From assembly GCA_963696525.1 (NCBI GenBank), contig CAVOKO010000012.1, positions 955,558-987,557 on the forward strand: DNA of 32,000 bases. Direction: 5' to 3'. How positions within the stretch are numbered: position 1 is the stretch's first letter; every line of letters begins with the position of its first letter. Origin of the DNA: an uncultured Acidobacteriota bacterium (GTDB taxonomy: Bacteria > Acidobacteriota > Terriglobia > Terriglobales > Acidobacteriaceae). The position numbers were made by a program, and so were the translations under genes. Positions 1-10,503 of this stretch are shown piece by piece. The notes below the pieces were generated by a model. That model was not told where the DNA came from, did not search any database, and saw only the letters and a program-made list of their open reading frames with translations.

Positions 1-735
1 GGCATTGGCCAGGATCAGCCCGGCGCGTGGGCCGCGTAGCGTCTTATGCGTGGTCGAAGTGACGATCTGGGCGTGGGGCACGGGCGAGGGATGTACGCCG
101 CCGGCGACCAGGCCGGCAAAGTGCGCCATGTCAACCAGATAGACCGCTCCTACCTGATCGGCGATCCGCCGCATGCGCGCGAAATCGATGATGCGCGGAT
201 AGGCCGACCCGCCGCCGATGATCAGCTTAGGCCGCTCGCGCTCGGCGATTTTTTCAAGCTCGTCGTAGTCGATGGTCTCGGTCTCGCGCGAGACCCCGTA
301 GGGAACGATATGGTAGGTCTTGCCCGAAAAGCTGAGCTTGTGGCCGTGCGTCAGGTGGCCGCCATGGGCGAGGTCAAGTCCCATTACGGTGTCGCCCGGC
401 TGCACCACCGCTGCATAGGCCTCCATGTTGGCCGAGGAGCCCGAGTGCGGTTGCACGTTGGCATACTCGGCGCCGAATAGCTGCTTGGCGCGCTCGCGGG
501 CCAGATTCTCGACTACGTCGGTGAACTCGCATCCTCCGTAGTAGCGCTTCCCGGGGTATCCCTCGGCGTATTTATTGGTGAAAACCGAACCGGCGGCTTC
601 CAGCACGGCTTCGCTGACGAAGTTTTCCGAAGCAATCAGCTCCAGGCCTTCGTGCTGGCGGGCTTCTTCGTCGGCGATCGCCTGCGCAATCTCGGGATCG
701 ACTTCACTCAGTTGGCGCGACATACGGTCGTTCAT
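1..735 (-). CDS. glyA: Serine hydroxymethyltransferase, N-terminal part; gene runs off the left edge
   Basis: Minus strand from ATG at 735 reads [80 protein letters not shown]..., the classic SHMT N-terminus. No stop before the window edge, so it is absent from the ORF track. Confidence 0.97.
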   Translation of the reverse strand, partial: MNDRMSRQLSEVDPEIAQAIADEEARQHEGLELIASENFVSEAVLEAAGSVFTNKYAEGYPGKRYYGGCEFTDVVENLARERAKQLFGAEYANVQPHSGSSANMEAYAAVVQPGDTVMGLDLAHGGHLTHGHKLSFSGKTYHIVPYGVSRETETIDYDELEKIAERERPKLIIGGGSAYPRIIDFARMRRIADQVGAVYLVDMAHFAGLVAGGVHPSPVPHAQIVTSTTHKTLRGPRAGLILANA

Positions 736-766
736 GGGGGCAGACTCCTTCTCGGAAACACCTACT

Positions 767-1252
767 TTACCGCTTTGGCGGGGTGTAGCCAAGCAAGCTT
801 TCCTGGAGCGGCTTCGGTGTTTCCAACTCCGCCAGTTTTTCGAGCCGCTGCTGGTGCCGGCCGCCCGCGAAGGGCGTATGCAGCCAGACATCGACGATCG
901 CCGTGGCCTGCTCTTCATCGAGGATTCGCGCCCCCATGGTCAGCACGTTGAGGTCGTTGTGCTCCCGTGATATCCGCGCCTCGTATTCGCTGGTGATGTT
1001 GGCGGCGCGGATCCCTGGAGTTTTGTTGGCGGCTATCGCCATGCCAATACCGCTGCCACAGACGAGAACGCCGCGCTGCGCCTCGCCCGAGACCACGCGG
1101 CAGGCGACCGCGTGAGCAAAGTCCGGGTAGTCGCAGGAGTCGCTGGAGGCCGTGCCACAGTCGTCGACGGCATGGCCCAGGTGCTCAAGGTGAAGCTTGA
1201 GTTTTTCTTTCAGTTCGTAACCGGCGTGATCGGCGCCTATCGCAATTCGCAT
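767..1252 (-). CDS. rpiB: Ribose-5-phosphate isomerase B / sugar-phosphate isomerase RpiB family
   Basis: 161 aa [25 protein letters not shown]...[24 protein letters not shown]...[14 protein letters not shown], the RpiB/LacAB signature. Confidence 0.96.
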   Translation of the reverse strand: MRIAIGADHAGYELKEKLKLHLEHLGHAVDDCGTASSDSCDYPDFAHAVACRVVSGEAQRGVLVCGSGIGMAIAANKTPGIRAANITSEYEARISREHNDLNVLTMGARILDEEQATAIVDVWLHTPFAGGRHQQRLEKLAELETPKPLQESLLGYTPPKR

Positions 1253-1489
1253 AAAGAAATTTTACCTTGGGAAGCTCTGGTTATTGCCCGCAAGCTGATG
1301 CTAAAAAATTATGGCGCCGCAGTCCATCAATTTTCGCTCGGCACAGCGCATCCGGAAGCGGAAATCATACTCAACCAATGCTTGAAGCTGCGCTGCTTTG
1401 GTGTAAGCTGGGGCGCAACGGCAAGATTGTAGATTAGCTCGGGAGAAACCATATCCCCGGACTCGCCGGATCGCGCTTGGGGGGCACGG

Positions 1490-1936
1490 ATGATCACCAA
1501 CAAGATTTCTTCTGACCAGGTGCAGGCCTTTGTACACCAGTATTGGCATGTCCTGATGGGCAAAACGCCGGGAGAGATGGAGAAGTTGTACACGTACGAT
1601 TCAACCATTTTCAATCCCTTCGCGCCGCGCGCCGAGTCGGGACGCGTTTCGGCTGCCCGCAAGGAGCGAGAATACTTCGAGGGCGAAACCAGTTTCCGCG
1701 CTGAAGTGACGGGTTCTATCGAGGTGATGCTGCTGTCGGACAATGTCGCCGTGGCTACCTACACCTTCCGCTGGCAGGCCACCGGGGCGACGGGGGGCTT
1801 GGCGGGCAAACGCATCGACAAAGCGGTACGCAATGGCCGGGCAACGGAGGTGATCGCGCTCGATCCCGGAGGCGGTTTGCGCATCGTACACCAGCATCAC
1901 TCCGACATCTGGCGAGATGCGAAGCCGGGCGTTTGA
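1490..1936 (+). CDS. NTF2/SnoaL-like fold protein (DUF4440-like), paralogue of the 12942-13427 protein
   Basis: 148 aa ORF; shares PGE(M/L)xK(L/M)YxYD(S/A)TxFxP(F/Y)xPRAExGRVxAARxEREYF and IVHQHxSDI with the 12942-13427 ORF. Confidence 0.75.
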   Translation: MITNKISSDQVQAFVHQYWHVLMGKTPGEMEKLYTYDSTIFNPFAPRAESGRVSAARKEREYFEGETSFRAEVTGSIEVMLLSDNVAVATYTFRWQATGATGGLAGKRIDKAVRNGRATEVIALDPGGGLRIVHQHHSDIWRDAKPGV

Positions 1937-2064
1937 GAAGTGGCAGGCTGCGAAAAGACGCTTTGCGTGCAACCTGTTTTCCGCAGCTGTCGGAACGCAA
2001 TGGCGCAATCGGCCCTGCAAGTTCGGTACAGAAGCAAGGCTGCAAATGCTTTAGCGAAGCAGGT

Positions 2065-2094
2065 TTGACGCTCATTTCTCCCGACTGCTAAACT
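2065..2094 (+). promoter_or_regulatory. Candidate sigma70-like promoter for the TPR gene
   Basis: TTGACG (2065-2070), 18-nt spacer, TAAACT (2089-2094), intergenic and upstream of 2276. Confidence 0.4.
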
Positions 2095-2275
2095 CAAATC
2101 TCCGACCAGCCGGAATCCCCGTTACGCGCCGCTTTGCGTGTAGAGGGGTAGAAGCGACGGTTATGGGCAGGTTTATCCCGACCGTCCGCGTTCGTCAGAC
2201 CTGGGAAGAAGACCTGGAAAAGACCCCTAAAGAAAGGCAGCAACCGTGTTGCGCCTGGGGCCTTGAGGACCAACC

Positions 2276-2986
2276 ATGCGCTACACCCGGCAACAACTGA
2301 AGCAGGATAAGCTTGCAGCTTCGGCGGCAGAGGCCGTCCATTGGACAGTCGCGCACCGCAAAACCATCATCAGCGGCGCGACCGCCCTGGCGGTACTGGT
2401 GGCTGTGGGCATTGGTATTTTCTGGTATCGCGATTACCGCCAGGCGGCGGCTGCGCAAAAATTTGGCGATGCCCTGGTTACCTATAACGCCCCAGTGCTG
2501 CCCGACGCCGCGTCCCAGGGAACTCAGATGGTGAGTTTCACGAGCGTTGCCGACCGCGCGCTCGCCGCCAAGAAGCAGTTTTATGCAATCTCCGCCGAGT
2601 ACGGTTCGGCACGCGCCGGACAGTGGGCCCACTACTTTGCGGCTCTGTGCGAAGTCGACCTTGGCAATTACGCCGTGGCCGAGGGACAACTGAAAGACGT
2701 TGCTAAGTCTCGCGATGTGGAAGTGTCGTCGCTTGCCAAACTCGCGCTGGCTTCCGTCTACCGCAACCAGAAGAAAGATTCGGATGCGGTCGCGGTTTAT
2801 AAGGACCTCATCGATCACCCGACACTCAGCGTGCCCAAGACTACTGCGCAACTCGGCCTGGCCGATCTCTACCAGGCAACCGAACCGGCTGAAGCCAGCA
2901 AACTCTACGAGCAAATCGCTAAAGATGACGCCAAGGGTCCGGCGGGCCAGATTGCGGCACAGCACCAGAAAGCCCCCGCGCAATAA
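2276..2986 (+). CDS. Membrane-anchored TPR protein, YfgM-like
   Basis: 236 aa; cytosolic N-terminus, TM segment (IISGATALAVLVAVGIGIFWYRDYR), then TPR-like repeats (GNYAVAEGQLKDVAKSRDVEVSSLAKLALASVY...). Confidence 0.75.
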   Translation: MRYTRQQLKQDKLAASAAEAVHWTVAHRKTIISGATALAVLVAVGIGIFWYRDYRQAAAAQKFGDALVTYNAPVLPDAASQGTQMVSFTSVADRALAAKKQFYAISAEYGSARAGQWAHYFAALCEVDLGNYAVAEGQLKDVAKSRDVEVSSLAKLALASVYRNQKKDSDAVAVYKDLIDHPTLSVPKTTAQLGLADLYQATEPAEASKLYEQIAKDDAKGPAGQIAAQHQKAPAQ

Positions 2987-3237
2987 ACCATAGCGACTCT
3001 CTGAGTGCAAACCCACCGTTCCCGTGAAAGTACGTCAAGCCGGCGGATGCGGTATTAGCGCATCTGCCGTCGCGCCTGGGTGACGGAGCACACGCCTACT
3101 TACATCCGTAGTTGCGCTGGCTGGGGGCCGAGGCCAACCTTGCATGAGCCGTCGCACTCTCATAGTTCATCACCGTTGTTCAAGTTTTCCGCGCCAGGAT
3201 GGGTGTATCTGGGCGGTTCTTACCAAAGAGGCACCTG

Positions 3238-3487
3238 ATGAAGAGTTTTCTGTTTGGCCTTGGATTGGGCATCGCGCTGGGCATTCTGTTTGCCCCGATG
3301 AGCGGAGAAGACAACCCGCGACCACCTGAGTGAACGTGCAAGCGATGCGGCCAGCTCAGCGCGAGAGAGTTACGAGCAGGGACGTGAAAGCGTGCAGCGA
3401 GGAGTGGAGTCCATACGCAGGACCACAGAGCGCGCCGTGGGCCATGCTCGCGCCAGTTTTGGCGACGCCACCGGCACCAACCTATAA
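3238..3487 (+). CDS. YtxH-like small membrane protein, with an apparent 1-nt frameshift around 3310-3340
   Basis: Frame 1 gives MKSFLFGLGLGIALGILFAPMSGED; frame 2 continues HLSERASDAASSARESYEQGRESVQRGVESIRRTTERAVGHARASFGDATGTNL*. Together they form a YtxH architecture. Confidence 0.6.
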
Positions 3488-3614
3488 CGCCCAACCGCCG
3501 ACGAAGCGGCATGCGGCGTAGCTCGGCAGCTGGGGGCGCGGAATTCGACCTGGCACCGGGCGGTGGTTCGTGGCTGCCGTGCGGCAGTACGGGGATCGTC
3601 CACCATGAGGGTGG

Positions 3615-3644
3615 TTGACACTCGCAAAGCGCTGCCAGTATTCT
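3615..3644 (+). promoter_or_regulatory. Candidate promoter for the yceD-rpmF-plsX cluster
   Basis: TTGACA (3615-3620), 18-nt spacer, TATTCT (3639-3644). Confidence 0.45.
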
Positions 3645-3821
3645 TATATCTTGCCCTGAAGGGAAATTTTCTCTAAAGGCGGTTGCAAAGGTGGGCGGAG
3701 CCTGGAATGGCTTTAGGCTCCGGTGTGGGTTCTTCGGCGAATTGCACTGGCGGGTTCCGGGAAGTGCGCTCATTCCGAATCCAGCCTGCAACTCTCTTCG
3801 CCTCATGCGGTTATAGACATC

Positions 3822-4370
3822 ATGCTGATCCGCGTACAAGATCTGGAACTCCGGCGTCAGGATTTTGCCGAGGAGTTGCAGCCGGGTACTATTGATTTTG
3901 GGCGAGAGCTCCAGCAATTCGACGTCATGACGGTACACGGCAGGGCCGAATTGATCCGCGAGCACCACGGCGGACGCGAATACGTCTCCGACATCCGGCT
4001 GGTTGGAGAGTTGGCGGGCCGCTTCGAGGTAAGCTGCGCACGCTGTCTGGAGCCGGTTCCACAGCAGGTAAGCCGGTCGTTTGACCTGTTGTACCGCCCA
4101 CTCGGCATCGACCGGCGCAAGGAGGAAGTCTCCATCAGCGAGGCCGAGACCGAAATCGGCTACTATGAAGGCGAAGGGCTGGAGTTGGAAGATGTTCTTC
4201 GCGAACAAGTTTTGCTGGCCGTCCCCATCAAGACGGTTTGTCGAATCGACTGTAAAGGGTTGTGTCCACGGTGCGGCCAGAACCTCAATGAGGGAAGCTG
4301 TACCTGCCAACCACGGCAGGAAGACCCGCGCTGGTACGCTTTGCGCGATTTGAAGAGCCACCTGCACTAG
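3822..4370 (+). CDS. yceD: YceD/DUF177 family protein (23S rRNA accumulation protein)
   Basis: In-frame ATG at 3822: MLIRVQDLELRRQDFAEELQPGTIDF...CARCLEPV...C.GLCPRCGQNLNEGSCTC; located directly upstream of rpmF as usual. Confidence 0.85.
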   Translation: MLIRVQDLELRRQDFAEELQPGTIDFGRELQQFDVMTVHGRAELIREHHGGREYVSDIRLVGELAGRFEVSCARCLEPVPQQVSRSFDLLYRPLGIDRRKEEVSISEAETEIGYYEGEGLELEDVLREQVLLAVPIKTVCRIDCKGLCPRCGQNLNEGSCTCQPRQEDPRWYALRDLKSHLH

Positions 4371-4510
4371 CTTTGTTTCCCTACCAGGCGCGTGATTGCG
4401 CCAATCGGGGCGCGGCGGCAAGCCGCACCATTTTGGCCGGCAACACCAGTCCGGCACTTACGTAGTACCCGGCGCGACAATCTGCCGGGGACACTGAAAG
4501 GTTTAAAGCA

Positions 4511-4696
4511 ATGGCAAATCCCAAGCGGAGACACTCCCAGCGCCGCACTTCCATCCGCCGCTCGCATGACCACCTGACGGCGCATTCACTTTCCGAATGT
4601 CCCAATTGCCACGAGCGAAAAATGCCGCATCGCGCCTGCCCCAAATGCGGGTACTATAAAGGCCGCGAAGTCATCGAAGTCGAGAAGGCAAGCTAA
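4511..4696 (+). CDS. rpmF: 50S ribosomal protein L32
   Basis: 61 aa MANPKRRHSQRRTSIRRSHDHLTAHSLSECPNCHERKMPHRACPKCGYYKGREVIEVEKAS with the Zn-binding CPxC/CPxCG pattern. Confidence 0.98.
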   Translation: MANPKRRHSQRRTSIRRSHDHLTAHSLSECPNCHERKMPHRACPKCGYYKGREVIEVEKAS

Positions 4697-4721
4697 AACG
4701 TCCGTGGCATGAATTCACCTG

Positions 4722-5796
4722 TTAACAATTGCGGTCGATGCGATGGGCTCCGACCGGGCTCCGAAGCCCGAGGTGGAGGGCGCCATTCTGGCCGCCAGAC
4801 ACTATGGCGTCGCGTACTGCTGGTGGGCAAGGAAGAAGTGATCCGCGCCGAGATGGACGCTGCATCCGCGCCGCCCAGCAGTTGCCGATCGAGATCGTCC
4901 ATGCCAGCGAAGTCATCGGCATGCAGGAGAAGGCGGCGCAGGCGGTCAAGCAGAAGCGCGACTCTTCGATGCGGGTCGGGCTTCGCCTGGTCCGTGAAAA
5001 GCGGGCCGCCGGCTTTGTTTCGGCGGGCAACACCGGCGCGGCAATGGTTACGGCCAAGCTGGTGCTGGGAGTTCTGCCCGGGGTGGACCGTCCGGCGCTG
5101 GCCGCAGTCTTTCCCACGGCGCAAGGCACTGCTTCGATCATGCTCGACGTGGGCGCCAACGTTGATTGCAAGCCCCACAACCTGCAGCAGTTCGCGATCA
5201 TGGGCGAGATCTACTTCCGCACCATGTTCGCCGGACGCTTCGCCGAGGCCGATTGCCCGCGGGTCGGCTTGCTCTCGATTGGCGAAGAGGAAACCAAGGG
5301 TAACGACCTCACGCGCGAGACCTTCAAGATACTGAAGACCATGCCCATGAACTTCGTCGGCAACGTCGAGGGACGGGATCTTTACAACGGCCACGTCGAC
5401 GTCATCGTCTGTGACGGATTCGTCGGCAACGTGGCGCTGAAGATCTCCGAAGGGCTGGTCGACACGGTTCGCGCCATGCTGAAAGAGTCGCTGCAGGCAA
5501 CCATCACTCGCCAGATGGGATACCTGCTGGCGCGGCGGGCCTTCCAGGACTTCAAGAAGCGGCTCGACTACTCAGAGTACGGTGGCGCGCCGCTGCTCGG
5601 CATTAAGGGTGTGGCGATCGTCAGCCATGGTTCATCGAACAGCCTGGCGATCAAGAATGCCATCCGGGTGGCCGCCGAATTCGCCAGGACGAATCTGAAC
5701 ACGAAAATAGAGGAGCAGTTGCAGATCGCCGGTCATGCCTTGGGCCACGCCAATCATGCGGCGGCCGGAGAGCCTCATCCTTCGATTTCCGGCTGA
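4722..5796 (+). CDS. plsX: Phosphate acyltransferase PlsX with apparent frameshifts in the N-terminal part; exact start uncertain
   Basis: Frame 3 [31 protein letters not shown], then frame 2 [16 protein letters not shown], then frame 1 [34 protein letters not shown]...GNTGAAM...[21 protein letters not shown]. Two single-base losses at about 4810-4820 and 4850-4880. Confidence 0.9.
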
Positions 5797-5917
5797 ACCG
5801 GCAGCTGAAACCCGAAGCAACCAGCACTCCTGAAGGAAAATTCAGACCGGATTCGTGCGCGGGCAACACAGCCCGTGCTCTAAAGTGTTCACAGGCCCTA
5901 GTAAGGAAAATTCAGCC

Positions 5918-7075
5918 GTGAAGATTGCAATCGACATCCGCCAGATGAGTGATTATGGCGTGGCAACGTACACTCGCAACGTGGTCCGCAACTTGGCGCG
6001 GATGGATCATGTCAACGAATATTTCCTGATCGGCATGGTCGAGCGGCTGAACGAAGTTGGCGAATTGCCGCCCAATTTTCATTGCGTTCCCTTCGAGGGC
6101 CACGAAGGCAATACCAGTGGTTATTTCGATTTCCGCCGGACGGTGCGCGGCTTCCAGTGCGACCTGATCCACTTTCCGCAGATGTTCTGGCGCCCGCGTA
6201 TGGCCGGCTGTCCTTATGTCGTCACCGTTCACGACCTGCTCGACTACATGTACCGAAACAATTCGCAGTCCAGTTTCACCCGCACGGTGCGCTTCCACCT
6301 GACGCGGCGCGTGCTGCACGGAGCGGCGAAGGTCTTCGCGGTTTCCAATTTCACCAAGCAGGATCTGACGCGGCTTTTCGATGTGCCGCCCGACAAGATC
6401 GAAGTTGTTTACAATGCGCTCGACGACCGCTTCCTGCTCGGACACGCGACCCCTGACGATCGTGCCATGATCGCCGAGCGTTACCAGGTGAACTACCCTT
6501 TTATTCTGTACGCCGGCCGGATCAGTCCGCACAAAAACATCGTGCGCATCATCGAAGCGTTCTCGACGCTGAAATCGGCGCTGGCCAAAAACGATTTCGT
6601 TCCCGACCTCAAGCTGGTCATCATTGGCGATCAGGTCTCCAAGCATCCCGACCTGCGGCGAGCGGTGATCAAGAGCGCGGTGCAATTCGATGTGCGCTTT
6701 CTCGGCTTCGTTCCCGTCGACGTGCTGCGTATCTTCTACGACTTGGCAAAAATATTCGTTTTCCCGTCGCTCTACGAAGGTTTCGGATTGCCGCCGCTGG
6801 AGGCCATGGCGCATGACACCCCTGTAGTGGCGTCCAACGTGACCGCGGTCCCGGAGGTTCTGGGCAACGCCGCCGTGCTCGTCAACCCGGAAAACGTCTT
6901 CGAGATAAGCCGCGCGCTGTATCGCGTGCTGCTCGATCAGTCTCTGCGCGAGCGAATGAAAGCCGCGGGGCGGGAACGCGTCCGGCGCTACTCGTGGCAA
7001 ACCTCCGTACGCAGTATCCTGGACGTTTATCGGGCGGTCGCCAGCCAATCCGCGGCTGCCGCCGGTCACTCCTAG
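5918..7075 (+). CDS. GT4-family glycosyltransferase (group 1)
   Basis: GTG start at 5918, VKIAIDIRQMSDYGVATYTRN...FPSLYEGFGLPPLEAMAHDTPVVASNVTAVPEVLGNAAVLVNPEN, the EX7E-type GT4 motif. Confidence 0.92.
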   Translation: MKIAIDIRQMSDYGVATYTRNVVRNLARMDHVNEYFLIGMVERLNEVGELPPNFHCVPFEGHEGNTSGYFDFRRTVRGFQCDLIHFPQMFWRPRMAGCPYVVTVHDLLDYMYRNNSQSSFTRTVRFHLTRRVLHGAAKVFAVSNFTKQDLTRLFDVPPDKIEVVYNALDDRFLLGHATPDDRAMIAERYQVNYPFILYAGRISPHKNIVRIIEAFSTLKSALAKNDFVPDLKLVIIGDQVSKHPDLRRAVIKSAVQFDVRFLGFVPVDVLRIFYDLAKIFVFPSLYEGFGLPPLEAMAHDTPVVASNVTAVPEVLGNAAVLVNPENVFEISRALYRVLLDQSLRERMKAAGRERVRRYSWQTSVRSILDVYRAVASQSAAAAGHS

Positions 7076-7076
7076 G

Positions 7077-8004
7077 CTAGGCTCGTTCCTTCTGGAAGAG
7101 GTAGCGCCCGTTCTGTTGCGCCGCCATCGCCTCCAACTCCTTCATGAAGGCGCGTGCCGCGTGCGACAGGCTGGCCCCTCGCCGATATACCAGCCGCACC
7201 TTGCGCTCCATCTGTAACTCTTTTACCGGTATTTGCACCAGCTCACCGCGATTGATTTCGGCTTCGACGGCGATCCGCGGCAGTAGCGCAACCCCATTTC
7301 CCATGGCGACAAACTGCTTGATGGCCTCGATATTCGGCAACTCGACCGGCATGTGCAGGGCCGTCTTGTGCTTGGCGAAAGCCTGAAGAACCTTTTCGCG
7401 ATAGGGCGAGCGCACATTGTGAGCGACGAAAAACTCGGCGCCAAGCTCGCGAATGCTGACCTCCTGCGAGTTCGCAAGCGGATGACCCGGATAAACGACG
7501 AAGGCGATCTCATCGATATAAACGATGATCGAGTTGAGCTGCTCGTCGTCCGGCCGGAACGACAGCATGCCGAGCTCGAACGTGATGGTTCACGACTGAA
7601 CGGGCGACGTCGGCGGCCAGAGACCGTTGCACTTCGATATGTATGGTTGGATGAAGCCTGCGGAAACGATGCAGTGCAACCAGCAGGTACAGCACCGTGA
7701 ACTCGTTGGCCGCAATGCTTACCTTGCCGTGTTGCAATTCCCTGAGCTCCCGCAGGGCGTCGCGCGCGCGGCCACGCAGGTTCAGCAGCTCCTCGGCATA
7801 CTTCAACAACAGCGCCCCAGCATCGGTGATGGCGCCGTCACGCGACGAGCGCTCGAAGAGGGTCTCGCCGAGCTCGTCTTCCAGTTTGCTGATGGTTTGG
7901 CTCACAGCCGACTGCGTGCGGTGCAGCCGACCGGCGGCGCGTGAAAAGCCCTTTTCCTCAACCACCGCAAGGAACGTTTCCAACTGAAAAAGATCCACCA
8001 TCAC
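7077..8004 (-). CDS. LysR-family transcriptional regulator, divergent from leuA, with an apparent frameshift near 7580
   Basis: N-terminal HTH MVDLFQLETFLAVVEEKGFSRAAGRLHRTQSAVSQTISKLEDELGETLFER (ORF 7510-8004) continues in another frame as ITFELGMLSFRPDDEQLNSIIVYIDEIAFVVYPGHPLA... (ORF 7077-7568). Confidence 0.88.
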
Positions 8005-8171
8005 TCCTTGCCCGAGCAGTTCGTGTCATATTATCCGGCGCCCGGGACGATTCGCGAATACCTTATTAAATCACACCCCCTAATGGTAATGGAATAATAA
8101 TAAGTTTGACTAATTTGCGCGAAGCTGCGCAAAGTAGAGGAACTAGACCTACCCAGTGGGGGGATTCAATC

Positions 8172-9368
8172 GTGGCTAACGAACGCGTACTGATTTTCGA
8201 CACGTCTTTGCGTGATGGCGAGCAGGCTCCGGGATGCAGCATGACCGTGGATGAGAAGCTGCGGCTTGCTCAGAAGCTGGAAGCTCTCGGCGTCGACATT
8301 ATCGAAGCTGGTTTTCCGGTCGCCTCGACTGGCGACTTCGAGGCGGTTCAGCGGGTCGCGCGCGCCATGAGAAGTGCGTCCGTCGCTGCCTTGGCGCGCT
8401 GCCGGCGGGAAGACATTTCGCTGGCGTGGAATGCGGTGCGCGACGCGCGTCACCCGCGCATTCACGCCTTTCTCGCCACTTCCGATATTCATCTCGCCTG
8501 CAAGCTGAAGATCACGCGTGAAGACGCCCTGCGGCAGGTTGGCGAGTGCGTTCAATATGCGCGTTCCTTATGCGAGGATGTGGAATTCTCGCCGGAGGAT
8601 GCGACCCGGTCGGAAGTGGAGTTTCTCTCTAAAGTGCTGGAAGTCGCCATCGCAGCCGGCGCGACCACGCTGAATATTCCTGACACGGTGGGCTACGCGA
8701 CCCCGGGCGAGTTCGGCGAATTGATCCGCGCCATCCGGTCGAGAGTGAAAGGGGTCGAGAACGTGGTGATTTCCGTGCATTGCCACAACGACCTTGGGTT
8801 GGCCGTGGCCAACTCGCTGGCCGGCGTCGAGGCTGGCGCCCGCCAGGTCGAGTGCACCGTGAACGGAATCGGCGAGCGCGCGGGCAATGCCGCTCTTGAA
8901 GAAGTTGTCATGTCCATGCACGTGCGCAACGACCGCTTGCCCTTCGAGAACGGCATAAAGCGCGACGAAATCTACTCCGCCAGCCGCCTGCTTTCCGAGA
9001 TCATCGGTTTCCAGGTGCAGCCTAACAAGGCCATCGTCGGACGCAACGCCTTCGCCCACGAAGCCGGCATTCACCAGCACGGCGTGATCAGCAATCCCCT
9101 CTGTTATGAGATTATGACCCCGGAGTCGGTCGGGGTTCCGGCCACTCACCTGGTGCTGGGCAAGCACTCCGGCAGGCACGCGCTGCTGATGCGCTACGAA
9201 GAGCTGGGTTTTCCGTTGACCAAGCAGGAGTTGCAATCGGCCTACGAGCGCTTCACCCAGTTGGCAGATCGTAAGAAAAGGATTTACGATCAGGATCTGC
9301 TTTCGCTGCTGACCGAGAAGCCGGTCATCTCGAACGAAGGGAGCCGCTCGACGGCGTTTATGCAATGA
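8172..9368 (+). CDS. leuA: 2-isopropylmalate synthase
   Basis: GTG at 8172: [49 protein letters not shown]...[16 protein letters not shown]...[10 protein letters not shown]. The ORF opens upstream at 8106, so the start is uncertain. Shorter than full-length LeuA; the C-terminal LeuA dimerisation domain is not evident. Confidence 0.92.
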   Translation: MANERVLIFDTSLRDGEQAPGCSMTVDEKLRLAQKLEALGVDIIEAGFPVASTGDFEAVQRVARAMRSASVAALARCRREDISLAWNAVRDARHPRIHAFLATSDIHLACKLKITREDALRQVGECVQYARSLCEDVEFSPEDATRSEVEFLSKVLEVAIAAGATTLNIPDTVGYATPGEFGELIRAIRSRVKGVENVVISVHCHNDLGLAVANSLAGVEAGARQVECTVNGIGERAGNAALEEVVMSMHVRNDRLPFENGIKRDEIYSASRLLSEIIGFQVQPNKAIVGRNAFAHEAGIHQHGVISNPLCYEIMTPESVGVPATHLVLGKHSGRHALLMRYEELGFPLTKQELQSAYERFTQLADRKKRIYDQDLLSLLTEKPVISNEGSRSTAFMQ

Positions 9369-10462
9369 ATCTGAAGATAGCTGTTTTGCCCGGAGACGGG
9401 GTTGGGCCTGAAGTGACTCGCGAAGCCGTGCGGGTGCTCCGCGCAGTCTCCGACGTAAACGGTTATGAGTTTGAATTTCGCGAATACCCGATCGGGGGCG
9501 CGGCGATCGACGCCGAGAAACAGCCGCTTCCACAACGTACCCGCGACGGATGTCTCGAATGCGACGCCGTGCTTCTGGGTGCCGTGGGCGGTCCGCAATA
9601 CGACGCTTTACCGGCTGAACTGCGTCCTGAGGCGGGAATCCTCGGCCTGCGGCAGGCGCTCGGGGTTTTTGCCAATCTGCGTCCGGCGATAGCTTACGAG
9701 GCGGTCGCCGACTGCTCTCCCATTCGCGCTGAAGTCCTGCGCGGAGCCAATGTGTTGATCGTGCGCGAACTGCTCGGCGGCCTCTATTTTGGTCAGCCCC
9801 GCGGACGCGATGAGCGCGGCGCTTACGACACCATGCGCTATTCCGCGCCGGAGATCGAGCGCGTCGCCCGGATCGCGTTCGAGCAGGCCCGCAATCGGCG
9901 CCACCACCTTACCTCCGTGGACAAAGCCAACGTGCTGGAAACTTCACGGCTCTGGCGGCAGGTGCTCACCGATCTGGCTCGGGAATATCCGGACGTGAGG
10001 CTCGATCATGCTTACGTCGACTCTTTCGCCATGCAGTTGATCTCGACGCCGTCGCGCTTTGACGTGGTGGTCACGGAAAACCTGTTCGGCGACGTGCTTT
10101 CCGACGAGTCGGCGGTTCTGAGCGGTTCACTGGGCATGCTGGGTTCGGCCAGCATCGGCGGCAAAGTTGGTCTTTTCGAACCGATCCATGGCTCCGCGCC
10201 CGATATAGCGGGGAAAAATATCGCCAATCCCATCGGGGCGATTGCCTCGGCGGCCATGCTGTTGCGCTTCGCCGGCGGGCTGCATCGCGACGCCGATGAC
10301 GTTGAATCGGCAATTGCGCTGACGCTGGAGAAAGGTTGCGTCACCGCCGATTTGCGGAGCGAGAAGCGCAAGACGGTATCCACGACGCGTGAGGTCGGAG
10401 ACGAAATCGAGCGGGCGCTGACCGATCTGCTCAGCCAGCACCTTGCCTATCACGCGGTGTAA
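9365..10462 (+). CDS. leuB: 3-isopropylmalate dehydrogenase
   Basis: [28 protein letters not shown]...[48 protein letters not shown]; 4-nt ATGA overlap with leuA. Confidence 0.97.
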   Translation: MNLKIAVLPGDGVGPEVTREAVRVLRAVSDVNGYEFEFREYPIGGAAIDAEKQPLPQRTRDGCLECDAVLLGAVGGPQYDALPAELRPEAGILGLRQALGVFANLRPAIAYEAVADCSPIRAEVLRGANVLIVRELLGGLYFGQPRGRDERGAYDTMRYSAPEIERVARIAFEQARNRRHHLTSVDKANVLETSRLWRQVLTDLAREYPDVRLDHAYVDSFAMQLISTPSRFDVVVTENLFGDVLSDESAVLSGSLGMLGSASIGGKVGLFEPIHGSAPDIAGKNIANPIGAIASAAMLLRFAGGLHRDADDVESAIALTLEKGCVTADLRSEKRKTVSTTREVGDEIERALTDLLSQHLAYHAV

Positions 10463-10503
10463 TAAAATCTACGCGGTAAGAAAATTTACGCGGTAAAGAG
10501 AAA

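Noticed and set aside
2195-3016. 273-aa minus-strand ORF
   Set aside because: Antisense to the TPR/YfgM-like gene, whose plus-strand product has coherent TM and TPR structure.
3180-4457. 425-aa minus-strand ORF
   Set aside because: Runs antisense to the YtxH-like region and yceD, which have strong family signatures on the plus strand.
5912-7069. 385-aa minus-strand ORF
   Set aside because: Shadow ORF antisense to a clear GT4 glycosyltransferase; His/Arg-rich text with no recognisable domain.
8568-9533. 321-aa minus-strand ORF
   Set aside because: Antisense to leuA/leuB; high-GC shadow frame.
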